In this document: positions 25,690 through 38,990 of the stretch, piece after piece
How positions within the stretch are numbered: position 1 is the first letter of the stretch
Layout of the letters: each line of letters starts with the position of its first letter
Source: Felis catus
Lineage: Eukaryota
Direction of reading: 5' to 3'
Length of the DNA stretch: 64,000 bases
Assembly (NCBI RefSeq): GCF_018350175.1
Contig: NC_058368.1
Span: 182,096,001 to 182,160,000 of the forward strand
Made by a program: the position numbers and the translations under genes
The notes under the pieces: generated by a model
What the model was told of the DNA's origin: nothing
The model's input: the letters and a program-made list of their open reading frames with translations, nothing else
Databases searched by the model: none

Positions 25690-25990
25690 TAATCAGAAAG
25701 TCATTACATCGGCCGACACCAGACCCTTCGCTCGATTGTATCGTAATTGAGCACTGCAGAGCGTGTGCCAGATCTAATGGATAATGAATATATTATGTCA
25801 GGAGAACCGCCTCAGTGAAGCTCCAAGGGAATAGACAAGGGGCTTGTGGTGGTGACACATAGGGTCACAGATGTTGTGCTGATTTACTGATGGAGTGATT
25901 CTGTAATTCGTTAATCAATGATGGGCACTGCGCTGCTTGCGCGCGCCCCACTCTGCAAATGGAGGAGTGTATGAGGGGACAAGTCACCAT
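25690..25990. promoter_or_regulatory. Candidate conserved non-coding element or developmental enhancer
   Basis: Unique sequence with 12 CpGs in ~240 bp in a CpG-poor window, TGATTTAC (Pbx-Hox-like), TGTCA/TGACA (Meis-like) and several TAAT cores. Conservation not verified. Confidence 0.5.
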
Positions 25991-26334
25991 TTATTCAACA
26001 TAGTTCTAGAAAGTCTACATTTAGCCAAAGATTGAGCCTTTCATTTTTACAGACTGTTGCAGCGCAAACATCTTATTGTAGTAAGATTAGGGCGTAGACA
26101 TGAGCCTGGTTATATTATAATGAGAATATATAGCATACCCCTTCCATTACTTTTTTATCACACTTTGGTCAGGGTCCTTTTTCTTTCTTTAGAATAATGC
26201 AATCAATTCAGAAATATATACATATCTCATTCCATGATGATCTTCTTTTCTTTTAGAATTAACTATATTCAAGAATTTTCAGGCCTAAAAAACACTTATG
26301 CACAAAATAATAGCAATAATAATATTGATGATAC

Positions 26335-26565
26335 TAGCAATATTTTATAAAACTATTGATTTATGAGATGTCAGCATATTCTAATTGCTTTATATCAATT
26401 ATCTCATTTATTCAAACAACCCAAGTATATAGATTATTATTATCCCCACTATACAGATTTAGAAACTAAAGCATACATTAATAACTAGCCAAGACCGCAA
26501 TGTATTAAACGGTGAAAGCTGTGCTCAAAATTGATTGCATAACTCAAAAATCTATACTTATAAAC
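26335..26565 (-). mobile_element. MIR
   Basis: 'attattattatccccactatacagatttagaaactaaagc...taactagccaagacc'. Confidence 0.7.
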
Positions 26566-26769
26566 ATATTGCTTCAATATCTTCTTAGCCTGACTCAAAT
26601 TCATCAATTTATTATTGTTATATTATTTTCTCTTGTAACATCATCATCTCACACATTCATGAAAGATATGCTAGAAAATATACAATTTTATGGATTAAAA
26701 AAGAAAACTAAGTTATATATTATGTTCAAGGATACAAACAATGGATGTAAGCCAATGATGCAGATCTTT

Positions 26770-27632
26770 TCATGCATGTCATTTTTTTCTACTACAGTGG
26801 ATAATTTGAGGAAACAATTTACAACATTTAACAATTTTTATGGGTCATGAATCTAGACAAGCATTAGCTGGATGTTTTTGTTCCAAGGTGTCTAGTTAGA
26901 TTTCAGGCACACTAACAGCTAGGGCTACAGTCTCATCTGAAAGTTTGACTAGGAGAGGATCTGCTTTTTTTTTGTTTGTTTAACATTTATTCATTTTTTT
27001 TTGAGAGACAGAGACAGTGTGAGTGGGGGAAAGACCGAGAAAGAAGGAGACACAGAATCCAAAGCAGGCTCCAGGCTCTGAGCTGTTAGCACAAAGCCCA
27101 ATGTGGGGCTCAAACCCACGAACTGTGAGATCATGACCTGAATCGAAGTCAGATGCCAACCAAATGAGCAACCCAGGTGACCCAAGGATCTGCTTCTAAG
27201 TATGGTTGTTGGCAGGATTCCATCCCTCCTGGGCTCTTAGATGAAAAAGCTTAGTTGTTTTTTTTTTTTTCAGTTGTTGGCTGGATATTATTCAGTTCCT
27301 TGCCACATGAGCCTCTCCATAGAACAACTCATAACTCATAGCATGGCAGCTGGCTTCCATAAAGAAGCAAAAGGGAGAGGGAGGGAGGGAGGGAGGGAGG
27401 GAGGGAGGGAGAGAGAGAGAGAGAGAAGGAGGAGAAAGGAGACTAAGACCAAAGCCACGGTCTATTTTTAATTTAATCTGCAAAGTGACCTGCCACTATT
27501 TTGAGTGGCAATTCTAGTCAGAGAAGCAAGTCACTGTGTCTTATCCACACTCAAAGGGAGGGAATTGCATAAGATCATGAATACCAAAGGAAGGTATCAT
27601 TAGAAGCCCTCTTAGAGACTGCCCACCAGACA
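26770..27632 (-). mobile_element. MaLR LTR (MLT1F-like), interrupted by a SINE and a (GGGA/GA)n tract
   Basis: 'agggctacagtctcatctgaaagtttgactagg', 'cagttccttgccacatgagcctctccata' and 'ccacactcaaagggagggaatt'. Confidence 0.8.
26967..27184 (-). mobile_element. Can-SINE
   Basis: Perfect TSD aggatctgctt (26956-26966, 27185-27195). Confidence 0.95.
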
Positions 27633-27734
27633 GAATGAAGCATAAGTAGTATTTGAAGAGATACCGGGGGAAAGGGGCATGAGGATATGAACAGACATGA
27701 ATTGTGATCTAATAGGTCCTCTTTCTTCTTCTGG

Positions 27735-27827
27735 ATCCTTTTTATTTTCTCTCAAAAACATTTCCCCTAATAAATTTCTCATACATAATATCATCTTAGT
27801 GTTTGCTTCTTAAGACCTAAACTGACA
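27735..27827 (+). mobile_element. ERVL LTR 3' fragment (LTR16-like)
   Basis: 'cctaataaatttctcatacataatatcatcttagtgtttgcttc...aaactgaca'. Confidence 0.45.
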
Positions 27828-27879
27828 TATATATTGGCTAAAATTATTCCAACATTAATATACCTAAAGCCATAGTTTG

Positions 27880-28935
27880 AAAAAGACCAGTAAAAGCTAA
27901 GCAGAATTAAACACACAAACAAACAAGCAAACACACAAACAAATCTGACATCTAATACAAAGAAAAAAATACTTAAAACATTCATGGGAAAAAAAAAAAG
28001 ATCTATACTTTCAAAGAAAGAAATAAGCCTTATGGGTGACTTTCCCAAAGAAACTGAAAACTAACAATGGAATGCTAATAGAAATATCTGCTGCATTAGT
28101 ATTTTGTAACGAACAAAAATATTCTTCAATAATTATGGTAAAATACAAAGATTTTCACACACACAAATAAAAATGAGAATTTGTCACCAATAGAACCACA
28201 TTCAAAAATGACTTGTTATTTATTCTGGCAGAAGAAACATTGTCCCAGATGGAAACAGTATTTCAGAAAGAAATAAGGAGCCCTGAAGAGGATATTTATG
28301 TGTTAAATATAAATTAATATTGACTTCTTAAAGCAACAATAAGATCTTGTGTATTTAAAATATTTATTATTAAAATACATGACAAAGCAGCACAAAAGGA
28401 ATTGGGGATATGAATGGAGTTAAAATATTATAAGGATTTTAAAGTACAGGAAATTATAAAGTTACTTTAAGGTAGATGCTACTAATTCTAGAGTTCATGT
28501 TGTGGAGTTTCAAGGCCTCTGACAGGTGGGTGAACTCAGGAAAATGTAGAGTGAGGAGCATGCTTAGAGATGGCAAGGAAGATCTGTACCCTTTCCCTAT
28601 ACCTTGCCCACTGCATCACTTCATCTGGCTATTACTTTATATCATTTACCATATCATTCAATAAACTGGTAAATGTAAAAAAATAAGAATAACAAACAAG
28701 AATGTATGTCGTGATTTCTAGTCAATCATCTACCAATTTTAAAATAAAATGAACTAATAAAAATGTTTGCTTATCCTAAGAGAAAAGAAAGATGAAGAAA
28801 AAAATGAAAAAGCCAGGAAAAAATAGAAAATATTGGATTTAAGGACAAATATATCAGTAATTATAGTAAATATAAGTGAACTAATATACAAGTTAAAAAC
28901 CAAGATTTTCAGATGGGGAAAAAATAAAATATAAC
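27880..28935 (+). mobile_element. Old L1M fragment (ORF1 end to ORF2 start)
   Basis: 'gagaatttgtcaccaatagaaccacatt' (ORF1 C-terminus) and 'atatcagtaattatagtaaatataagtgaacta' (ORF2 start); A-rich. Confidence 0.7.
28505..28680 (+). mobile_element. MER21-like LTR fragment
   Basis: 'cccttccctataccttgcccactgcatcacttcatctggct...aataaactggtaaatgtaa'. Confidence 0.7.
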
Positions 28936-31439
28936 TAATTGCTCTGGAGTGTATAATACAGTTAATTAATGTTCATAGAATGAAGCATTTGCATTTGACA
29001 CAAACACTCCTTTCTAGGTCTTCATTGAACTGTAGCAGGAAGTGATTACATACCACATGCCCAACAGGCAAGAAACAAATGCTACCTAACTCCATGTTAC
29101 ATGTTCTGAGTTTTGAGATACTATTAACTTCTTATGGCAAAATAAACATTCTATGCTATTAAAGGACAGTAGCATTTTTACACTAGCATTGCGACAGAGT
29201 TCAGACACTGTTGTAATTCAGTCCTAGTTTGTGTTCTTTGCAAAGCAATTGTGAGAAGTGATATCTGAGACTTAACTCAAAGGTAGACCACCTATTCTGG
29301 ATGAAGACTCACAGGAGAAAGCTTGATTTAAGTGAGGAAGAATACTCTACTTTTGAAAATCCCAAATAGAAATTTATGTGGCAGAATGTAATAATTGACC
29401 AGGAACTAGTTAAGATTTAAGAAGTGATAATCTCAATTGCAGCTATTTCATAACATCATAGGACTGTTCCACAGTCGTCAAGTTCCAATTTTTTCTAGAG
29501 TTAGTTAAGACAACGAAATCTCTTCCCTTTATCATTGCTACCTCCTTTATTGTAATTTTTACATACAAAAACATAAATAACCTCCTCCTTTCACCTCCTT
29601 AATCCTCACTCTTTTTTGAGCATGGGGTTAGAGGAATTTTCCAATGTAACTCCAGCCAGGGGGCAGGGGAGTGGGGGGAGGGCAGACAATTTAGCAAAAT
29701 AAGATATAGGAGAAATTCTAGCCTATTGTTAACCCTCATAATAAGAAAAATCTAATTGTCTTCAGAGTCTTCATGACAGTGCCTGTGATCCTACCCCTCT
29801 TCATCCTGAAGAATCAAATGAACTTTTTCATCACCTAAATGTTATTTTTTTATGCCTCAACACTTATGTTACCTATGTTATGCAATCTGGTAGTTTCTAG
29901 TGAGTTGGAATCAATCCAGTCATTCTCTGTGCTATGAACATGTCGTGATTTTCCTGGCCATCTATATTGTGATCCTCCTATTTGTATTAGCATATTTTGG
30001 TTCTGATGAAAGATCACTGGCAAGAAGGATCCGATAGAACTTTACTTTTTTAAAATCTACTTATAAATGTAACAGAAATCAAATGTGTATCTTGCCCAAA
30101 AGCAGTAATTTCAGGAGAAGAACATAAAATAATTGAACTTCTAAATGTGTTCAAGACCCCTGAAATAAAGTAAAACAATGTTCTTACATGATTTGGACAA
30201 GGAAAACAGAGGTTTTAAATCTTCCAGGAGCAAATAGTCCTTTTATGACATGGAACCTGTACTGAACTACTCCTTTCCTCATTTTCCATTTCCTAAACAG
30301 CATTGCCCTGGTAGCCAAGTTGACTACATGTTATAGCCAAATGTGTAATAGGAGTGATTTTTTAATGGGATTTTTGATTGCTAAGGAAGCAGTGACACCC
30401 CAGTCATAGCACCAGGCCTTATTCTCAGGATGAACTGTCATTTCATTCATATCAGTCAAAGAACTACTTTTATTCTCCATGTACAGCAAAACTTTCAGTG
30501 TTCTCATAATTTGAGAACTAAAATATTGCCAACAACAAAAGGCCTCTGACAGCTTTATTGTCTGTCATAAATCAATCTGGCAAGACTCAGCGACAAAATA
30601 TAAAATGTCAAATCTATACTTCTATCTGCTAAAATGGTAATATTAACTACCTGACGTACCTACGTATTTATTCTAACCTACCAATAAGCCATACTTCTTG
30701 GTGCTTGATGGGGAAACAGTCACATTGCACAAATAAAGCAGAAAGTACAATTTAAAACATGTGGCTTTATCATTTTTTACAAAATCAAGCTTTTTTAACA
30801 ATACCAATACATACAATAATCACACTAAGCAACAGATCTGAATATCACGAGTGTATTATGAGGCTTTGAATAAGGTTGATCTGTATGAAATGTCCACATT
30901 TTAAAGTCAAAATGACTGAATAGTAGCATTTCAAATGATTCATCATAATTATGAGTATAATCTCATTAACACTCATAGTTTTCCTATGATAAAGATTGGG
31001 GGCATTTTTGAGGAAATTAATTTGTAATATCTGAGACTTTAGATGCTGACAAAGTGACATCCGGTATGCATTCATGATCATTCTTAAAGAACATTGTCAG
31101 AGGGGACAGCTATCACCTTCCCATATGAAATGCTCAAGAAAATAGAAAGGCTGAATGGACAGACTTTATCAGGTTTTCATTAAAGTGAAGATGATTAGGG
31201 AAAATGAGAAGAATAAGAGACTTCCCCCTCATATTATGTCAGAGTAAATTGCCAAGTGTCTGTCTATGCACTCACCTAAAACTTTGCTATTTCCACTGAA
31301 AAGAATCACTGCCTCTTCCCCCTTAAAATCTTGAAATAGGTGGTCAGTAATCATTTTATTCACTGATAATCTCCTGCTTTATTTCTCTCTTTAGTGTTTG
31401 TCACCTCTGACAAACAAGATCTTATAATTCTTTATGAGT

Positions 31440-31572
31440 TTATTATCTATCATCAGTCTACATTGTAAGCTCTCAGAAGGCAATAGCGTCCACTGCTATT
31501 TTCCCAACATACAAGAGAGTGCTTAGCATTCACCTAGCACTTAATAAATCACTTCAGATGAATGAATGAACA
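31440..31572 (+). mobile_element. L2 3' end
   Basis: 'ctacattgtaagctctcagaaggca...gcacttaataaat...gatgaatgaatgaa'. Confidence 0.75.
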
Positions 31573-32355
31573 TATGAAAAATGAAATCAATGAAAGGAAA
31601 AGAGAATTAAAAATGAGGAAAAACTAGCATAAAATTTTATGGTTAAAATAACCTTTACAAGTAATCATAGTAACTATAAATGGAATTTAAATCATCTAGC
31701 TAAAATATAGATGTTGTCAAAATGCACTAAAATAAATAAACACACAGACAAAAACTGTATGTAGTATCCAATTTGTATAAGCTGAATAGAAATATGAAAA
31801 GATTTAAAAAAACGAAGAGATTTACAAATATTAGTCAAAAAGAAACTTTGTAAATATTTTAACACCAGACCAATAGGCCATAAGGTTAAAAACATTATTA
31901 GAGATAAAGAAGGTTACTGTCTAATGATAAAATATTCAATTCATTGAATTCAAACGTGTATAAGCCTAACGATGTAACATCAAAATATAAACAAAAATGT
32001 ATAGATTTTGACAAATCCACAATCATATTGGGGTATTTTAACACATCTTTTTTATTAAGTCATTTGTAAAACAGAACAAAAAAACTTAAAAAAAAAAAAC
32101 CAAAAGGTATAGTAAGAAAAGATAAGATTTCAACACCTTATTCACCCAGCTCAATTAAATGGACATATATTAGACTATTTCCTCAACAATTATATAACAA
32201 ACATTCTGCTCAAATATGCACAGAATATGTAGAAAAGCAAATGCATCTTGAGCTAGAAAACTAATTTCAGCTTATTTAAAAGTATCAGAATCACACAAAA
32301 ATCTGTAATTGAATGAAATGTAGGTAGAAAAAAAAAAAGAAAAGAAAAAAGAAAA

Positions 32356-32575
32356 GGGACACCTGCGTGGTTCAGTTGGTGAAGGCATCTGACTCTTGAT
32401 TTTTGGCTGGGTTCATGATCTCATGGTTCAATTCCTGAGATCCAGCCCCATGTCAGGCTCTGTGCTGACCTCTCAGAGCCTGCTTGGGACTCTCTGTCTC
32501 CATCTCTCTGTCCCTCACCCCCCCAAAAACAAACAAACAAACAAACAAGTAAACAAACATTAAAACAAAAAAGAA
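32356..32575 (+). mobile_element. Can-SINE with (AAAC)n tail
   Basis: gggacacctgcgtggttcagttgg head. Confidence 0.9.
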
Positions 32576-32600
32576 CCAAGTTTCCAAAAACATTATTTTA

Positions 32601-32816
32601 TTTTTTTTTTCTTCAACGTTTATTTATTTGTGGGACAGAGAGAGACAGAGCATGAACGGGGGAGGGGCAGAGAGAGAGGGAGACACAGAATCGGAAACAG
32701 GCTCCAGGCTCCGAGCCATCAGCCCAGAGCCCGACGCGGGGCTCGAACTCACGGACCGCAAGATCGTGACCTGGCTGAAGTCGGACGCTTAACCGACTGC
32801 GCCACCCAGGCTCCCC
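32601..32816 (-). mobile_element. Young felid Can-SINE (SINEC_Fc type)
   Basis: CpG-rich; perfect TSD caaaaacattatttta (32585-32600, 32817-32832). Confidence 0.97.
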
Positions 32817-34649
32817 CAAAAACATTATTTTAAATACATAATGCATTAAGAGGGAAATCAAAACAAAAACTGTAAAATAGTTAGAAATAACTATTAATAA
32901 AAATGTAAATAATTGTGGGATGAAGCTAAGTAGGAATCAGAAAAAAACAGAACCTTAACTCTTACCTTAAGAATGAGAAAAATGCTCACAATTAAAAATG
33001 GTCTAAGCATGTATCCAACTCAAGAAAGTAGAAAAAAACAACAACAACAGGATAAATCCAAAGGAAAATGAAAGAAGGCAAATGTAGAAAAAATAGCAAA
33101 AAATAATAAAAGATAAATGAAAGCTAAACTAACAATGACCAACCAAACCAAAAGCTGATTCTTTGTAAAGACTAATACAATACATTCTAACAGAGCTTGC
33201 AAATAAATAACAAAAAAGATAAAATGAATAATATTAGGTATGAAAGATAGCAGAGCAGAAATTAACAAGATAAAAAGAGAATGATATTTTAGGAAACAGA
33301 CAAAAAGAAAATGTTCCTATGATAATTCAACTTCCCACAAGTGACTGAGAAGAAAAAGAAAGCATCAAAAGACCACTATTAACTCTAAAAGAAATGTATT
33401 TAGCAAATCAAATTTATACCAAGAAATGATACACAGGGCCCAGATAACAATTTCTAACAAATAATCAAGGAACAGTTCATAATTGAAATACAAACTTTTT
33501 CAAGAGATAGCGAAAGAATAGATATTTTCAAGCTCTGTCATATATCAAGCAAACGCTTCCAAGTCAGCACAACTCTTAAAGATAAGATAAAGAAGGGTGG
33601 TTTGATAAAGGATAAATATGGGCCAGTCTTATTTTTAGTCGTAGAAAAAAAAATTCCTAAACAAAATGTTAGAAGACCAAATCCAACAATTTAACAATGC
33701 CAACAATAATAATAATGCAGGATCAGGTGGATACTTTTAGGTACGTAAAAACATTTTAATATCATGATACTTACTATTAATTTACCATATTAACTGGAAT
33801 AATGAAACAATATTATAACATAGTTATAAAAAAGTAATTTGACAAAATTTAAGAGTAATTTATAATTAAGTAAAACTGTCATGAACAGTAGGAATAAAAA
33901 ATGTTCTTAACCTTATAAAAACTTACCGACTAAAAAAACAACATGGGATTTTAGCACTATCATTCCTATAAAATCTAATCCAAATGGTACTAAAAATATC
34001 TACTAAAATCAATAAAAATGAAATAAAGTTTATAAAAATTGAAATAAAATGTTAAAAAATTGTCCTTATTCACAAATATTTAGATTGTCTATTCAGACAA
34101 CTTAAGAGATTTTATAGAATGAAAAAGGTTTAGTAAATCAGTGAGAATGCTAGAGAAAGTCTCAATATACACAAAGTAATGATATTACCATACTCAAACT
34201 ATAAACAGGTGATGTAAAAGAAAAGTACAATTTAGAATAGTAACAAAAATTTTAAAGTGCTTATAATTAAAGCTTTTCAAAATGTACATGATATTTGTAG
34301 AGAAAACTTTTAAAAAATTCTAAATTAATGAGTAAGTATATCCTATTTAAGATTGGAAATACAATAACATAAAGATATAAAGTGTCACCAGATTTCTATA
34401 TAAACTCAATGAAAATCTAATCAAATTCCCTAAAACTGATACTGAAAATTACATTGAGAAACAAAAATTCAAGTATAGGGAAGAAGTCTCCAAAAAATAA
34501 GAATAAGAAAAAGTGACCCACCCTAGAATACTAAGATTATAGAGACACCATACAAATTAAGATACTGTGGCACTGGGGCAGTGACAGGCAGGAGTAGAAG
34601 GAGGTGAATTAATCCTACCAGAGCACCTAATTTTAATAGCACTTTCCAA

Positions 34650-34862
34650 TAAAGTGTCCAATTCCACTTTCTATGATAATGGAAATATTCTGTATTTCCA
34701 ATGTCCAATAAAGTAGTGAGTAGTCACATATCACTAGTGAGAACTTGAAATGTGTCTGGTGTGACTAAAAAAACTAAATTTCTAAATTCTGCTTAATTTT
34801 AAATACATTTAAATGGAAATAGCTACTGTACCAGTAGACTCCCACATTAGGGCACAGCTCTA
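34650..34862. mobile_element. MER3-like hAT MITE
   Basis: 'tgtccaattccactttctatgataatggaaatattctgtat...acttgaaatgtgtctggtgtgact'. Confidence 0.8.
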
Positions 34863-35322
34863 GAAGCATGTACATATAGAAACTTAATATGTAACACAGG
34901 TCACTGCAAATGACCAAAATAGGTGCTATAGTTAGCATTGTTAGCAGGTGCTAACAATATGGGATAGCCATATGGGAAAAGCATGGATCCCTACCTCACA
35001 AAATACACAGCCCAAACTCCCCATGGCTTGATTAAATTTTTAACATAGGAAAAGCAAAACTTTATTACATACAAAAAAGACTCTAATATTGTGACTTTAT
35101 TATGTCCAGACTAGGAAAGTCTTTCTAAATTGAGACATAGAAAGACAAATCATAAATAATTAAAATTCAAATTTTGTGTGTGTCAAAAGCAAATATAGTA
35201 AAGTAAACAACATAAACTGTAGACAAAAAGGTGGTACTTGTAATGCATATAACCAAGGACATTTTTGTGGCCAAAATAGAAAAACTCCTAAAGTCCATTT
35301 AAGAAAATTTAAAAAAAAGGGT

Positions 35323-35453
35323 GGGGGGCACCTGGGTGGCTCAGTCGGTTAAGCATCTGACTCTTGATTTTGGCTCAAGTCATGATCTCACACTTCATGA
35401 GATTGATCCCCTCATTGGGCTCTGCACTGACCGCATGGATCCTGCTTGGGATT

Positions 35454-35485
<32 letters not shown>

Positions 35486-35555
35486 GCCCCCCCCCCCCAC
35501 TCATGTGCTCTATGGCTCTGAAAATAAATAAACATTAAAAAAATAAAAAAAACAA
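35323..35555 (+). mobile_element. Can-SINE
   Basis: Head, (CT)n, A-tail. Confidence 0.93.
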
Positions 35556-38500
35556 AGATGAAAAAAGATAATAATAGGAAATTCACAGATTGTACATAAA
35601 GTGTCAATATGCATACAAAAGGTGTAGAATCTCACTAATCATCAGGAAATACAAAATCAAATTGGAATTTCCTATCCATCAAATAGACAAAGCTGAAAAT
35701 GGCAATTTCAGCAACTGGCAAAGATACAGATCTATAGGAATTCTTATGCACTGCTGGTAGAGAAGTAAATTGGTATAACCACTTTGGAGAGAAATTCAGC
35801 AAAATATAGTCAAGTCAAAAGTGCATACAGTTTGTCACCTACCAATTCCATTCTTTGCCTAAAGAAATACTTTTACAGTCATAGATGGGAGAAGCATTGC
35901 CTGTAATAGTGAAAAAGTGAAAACAATCTAAATGTTATAACAAAAGAATAAAATGTGGACATTCTTACCATGATACATTATACAGCCATGAAAATAAACA
36001 AATTATAGCAACATCTATTAACATTGATGTTTTTTATAGCTATGCTAAAAAGAGAAGAACATCTGCAGGAAAACAATGCAGTGATTTCATTTTAGAGTAT
36101 TCTATTTTGTTGGACTGTGTGTATGTGTCTGTGCCTGTATGTATATGAAATATTATATATTATATGTATTAAAAGTATAAAGAGGTCTTTGCAAATGATG
36201 AACACACATCTCAAGATAGTTGTTAGTTCTCAGAAGGAAGAGGATGTACTTACATAGTGGTACACACACAAACACTCATAAAATAATAATATGTTTGAAG
36301 TTAGAATGAGGCGATAATTTCTGAATTTTTGTTTTTGTTAAATCTCCAAATTATACTAATTTTCCCTCTGTTGCAGTTCATTTGTTCCCAAGAGCCTACT
36401 AGAAAGATTAGGATGCCATCTCTCAAAATACCTTTATTTAAATTGACAATGAACCATTAACAAAGTGAAGGAATGAAGAAAAGAAGAGAGACAGGGAGGG
36501 AGGGAGGCAGCAGAGAGGGAGACAATGAGAAGGGAAGGAGAGAGGAAGAAAAACTATGCGGCATCTTGCACAATTTCCATCTATCATTATGATTATTTTA
36601 AATCTCAGATCTATCCATTTAATATTATTTATTGACTAATAGAAGTATAGTTTTAGATTTTTAACTATCTACCTAATATCCCTCTCATTTGAATTTTAGT
36701 GTATTTTCAAGAGTCTTCATTTTTTTTTAAAGTTGATGTGAAGATTCTATCAAGCCTTACTGAATTCATTCTATTAGTCCAAGAAGTCAAAGGTAAAGTA
36801 TCATTTGGTGAGTGGAAAACCAACTATACTCAAGGAGTCTTTAAAACATTTCTTGCTATCCTTTTCAGAGAAGACAGGAAAAAAAAAAAAAAGAAAGAAA
36901 GGAAGGAAGAAAAAGAAAAACCACCATGCCTCCAATTGCTGCATTACATTCTTAATTTCAGTATTACATGGCCGTCTAAAAGCATTTCACAGGTGTTTGC
37001 TGGAACTCATTAGACTATTTGGAACTCCTTCATGCTCCCTAAAAGGCAATTAAAATGTGTCTGCAAATTACCTCATGTGGGCCAAAGCACAGCTGCCTCT
37101 TCCCCCAGTTACTACAGAGTGTTTCCAAACACCAGAAAACTGCTTGGAAACCATCAGTTTGCAAAGGCAAAAAAGGGCCTTTGGGTGGCTTTCTTTCTTC
37201 TCATCCCCAGATAGGCCCATTCACTTGGGGTCTGTTGCCAAAACACAAAACAAGGCAGTTAAATGATGGAAGTGGCTGATTACAAAGAGAGCTTTAAGGG
37301 TCTATGGATATAACAGAAACTTAACTGATCCAATGAACTGGTATATTCTGCTATTAAAATCCTTTTCTTCTATAATAAAAGTCACACAGAGTGACTAGGA
37401 GATTACTGAACTGGAAATTCTCTGACTTATCGGGTGGAGCACTGGCTTTTATGGGTGGCTAATCACAAAGTGTTTTAAGTATTACCAGCTACTTCTCTAA
37501 GTAACAACTCCATGAGAGGTATATGCTACCAAGATATATTCTGCATATGCAATCCTGTATCTGGAATAAGGTCTTTCCTATTCTGGAGAATTTTACTTCT
37601 GTAAGAATAAAAGAAACACTTATTCCATGAACGTTCCTATAGCAATTATTTGCATTAACTACTCTATTCAATCCCACTGTACCAATCCCAACACTGAGGT
37701 TTAGAAAGGGCACAACCAAAGAGTCAATGGGCACCTGGAAAGGGAAATTCAAGTACACTGATTTCCAAATCATAGGAACTCAATCAAATGTACACCCAAG
37801 GTAACACAAAATAAGTCTCTAATAATTCCACTTATATTTATACCAAGTTTTTCCTTGTCCAATTTTTAATTAGAATTATTTCTCTTGAACTTGAAGTACA
37901 TCAGCTGGTTTTACCTTATAGCTGGGTTTCTTTATTTCAAATAAAACATGATAAATTATTTATTTTGAAATGGTATAACTAGAAGTAAAAACCAAAAATA
38001 AGGAATAGGAAACTGATACTCATTTTCCCAAAATGTTGTGCCATAAAATCAGTATGTATAGTTATACTAGTGTCTAAATGTTGAACACCACCAAAATAAG
38101 TTATCTTAATATTGTAAAAAGTTCTGTTTCTTTAATGAGAGATTAAGCTAGAAGCTAGTATTTTTGCAGCAAAATCTTCACATTCAAATAGGAGATGGTA
38201 GGTATAAAGCAAGTGAAGTGAGATACAAAGGTACTCATTGAAAAAGGCAAAATAGTATTGAAGAAATTTAATTTTTTTGCAATCACACACAAAGCATGGA
38301 TTTCCAATAACTCATTCGGAATGGTGTTAGACATATCTAAATGATGACTGGAAGCTATTTTGTAATTACGAAGTGCTAAACAATAAAAGTTGGCTAATTA
38401 CCATTAAAAAAATATGTGGATGATTGCTGGAAATGGAAGAATGAGATGGCAGGGATGTGTTTAATGTCTAAATTAGTAATCATCTGGGAACTATTTTATT

Positions 38501-38841
38501 GTCAGCCAATTAGTGAGAAAAATGAGATTTTAGACAAAATGTACATATACTTTGCTATACCTCAGTTGGCAACACAAAATTCCATATGGCAGAAATGGAG
38601 GTGGACAAAACCAACTTGCTATAACTCAAAGCTTTAAAGATAGTAATATGTAGTGGCTCATGTTGTGATGTTTTGGTCTTCCAAAAAATGCAATCTTAGC
38701 TCTCCATCGAAGTACCTTTTTTAAAACTTTTTATTTGTATCAAGCATTTCTTCCTCAAGAAGTCCTTCCTGCTACAACATCTCCCAATGGCCTTTCTTTG
38801 TGTTGGGATAAATATACACTTTATTTATCCTGAATTTTTTT

Positions 38842-38842
<1 letters not shown>

Positions 38843-38877
<35 letters not shown>

Positions 38878-38990
38878 TCACTATGTCTACACTAGAACAT
38901 AAGCTCCTTGAAGACAGGGATTTGGTTTCTTTTCTCCTACTGTTGTCTAGGACTGGCTTGAATAGGTCCTCAATGATTTTTTTTAGACCG
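38843..38990 (+). mobile_element. L2 3' fragment preceded by a poly-T run
   Basis: 'cactagaacataagctccttgaagacaggga...taggtcctcaat'. Confidence 0.65.

Larger units (their letters stand above)
31640..36300 (+). mobile_element. Long, heavily decayed L1M (L1ME-like) ORF2 and 3' end, interrupted by three SINEs and MER3
   Basis: Colinear L1 landmarks: endonuclease start (~31660), 'aaaagctgattctttgtaaagactaata', 'cagggcccagata', 'gatactgtggcactgg', 'ggatccctacctcaca' and 'cactgctggtagagaagtaaattggtataaccactttggaga'. Confidence 0.8.

Noticed and set aside
34937..34958. 10-bp perfect inverted repeat attgttagca/tgctaacaat; also a 9-bp one at 47862-47884
   Set aside because: Short and isolated; most likely mutational scars or chance, and not terminators in a mammalian context.
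27880..36300. One continuous L1 spanning 27.9-36.3 kb
   Set aside because: The ORF2 start region appears twice (~28850 and ~31660) with unrelated DNA in between, so I treated them as two elements.
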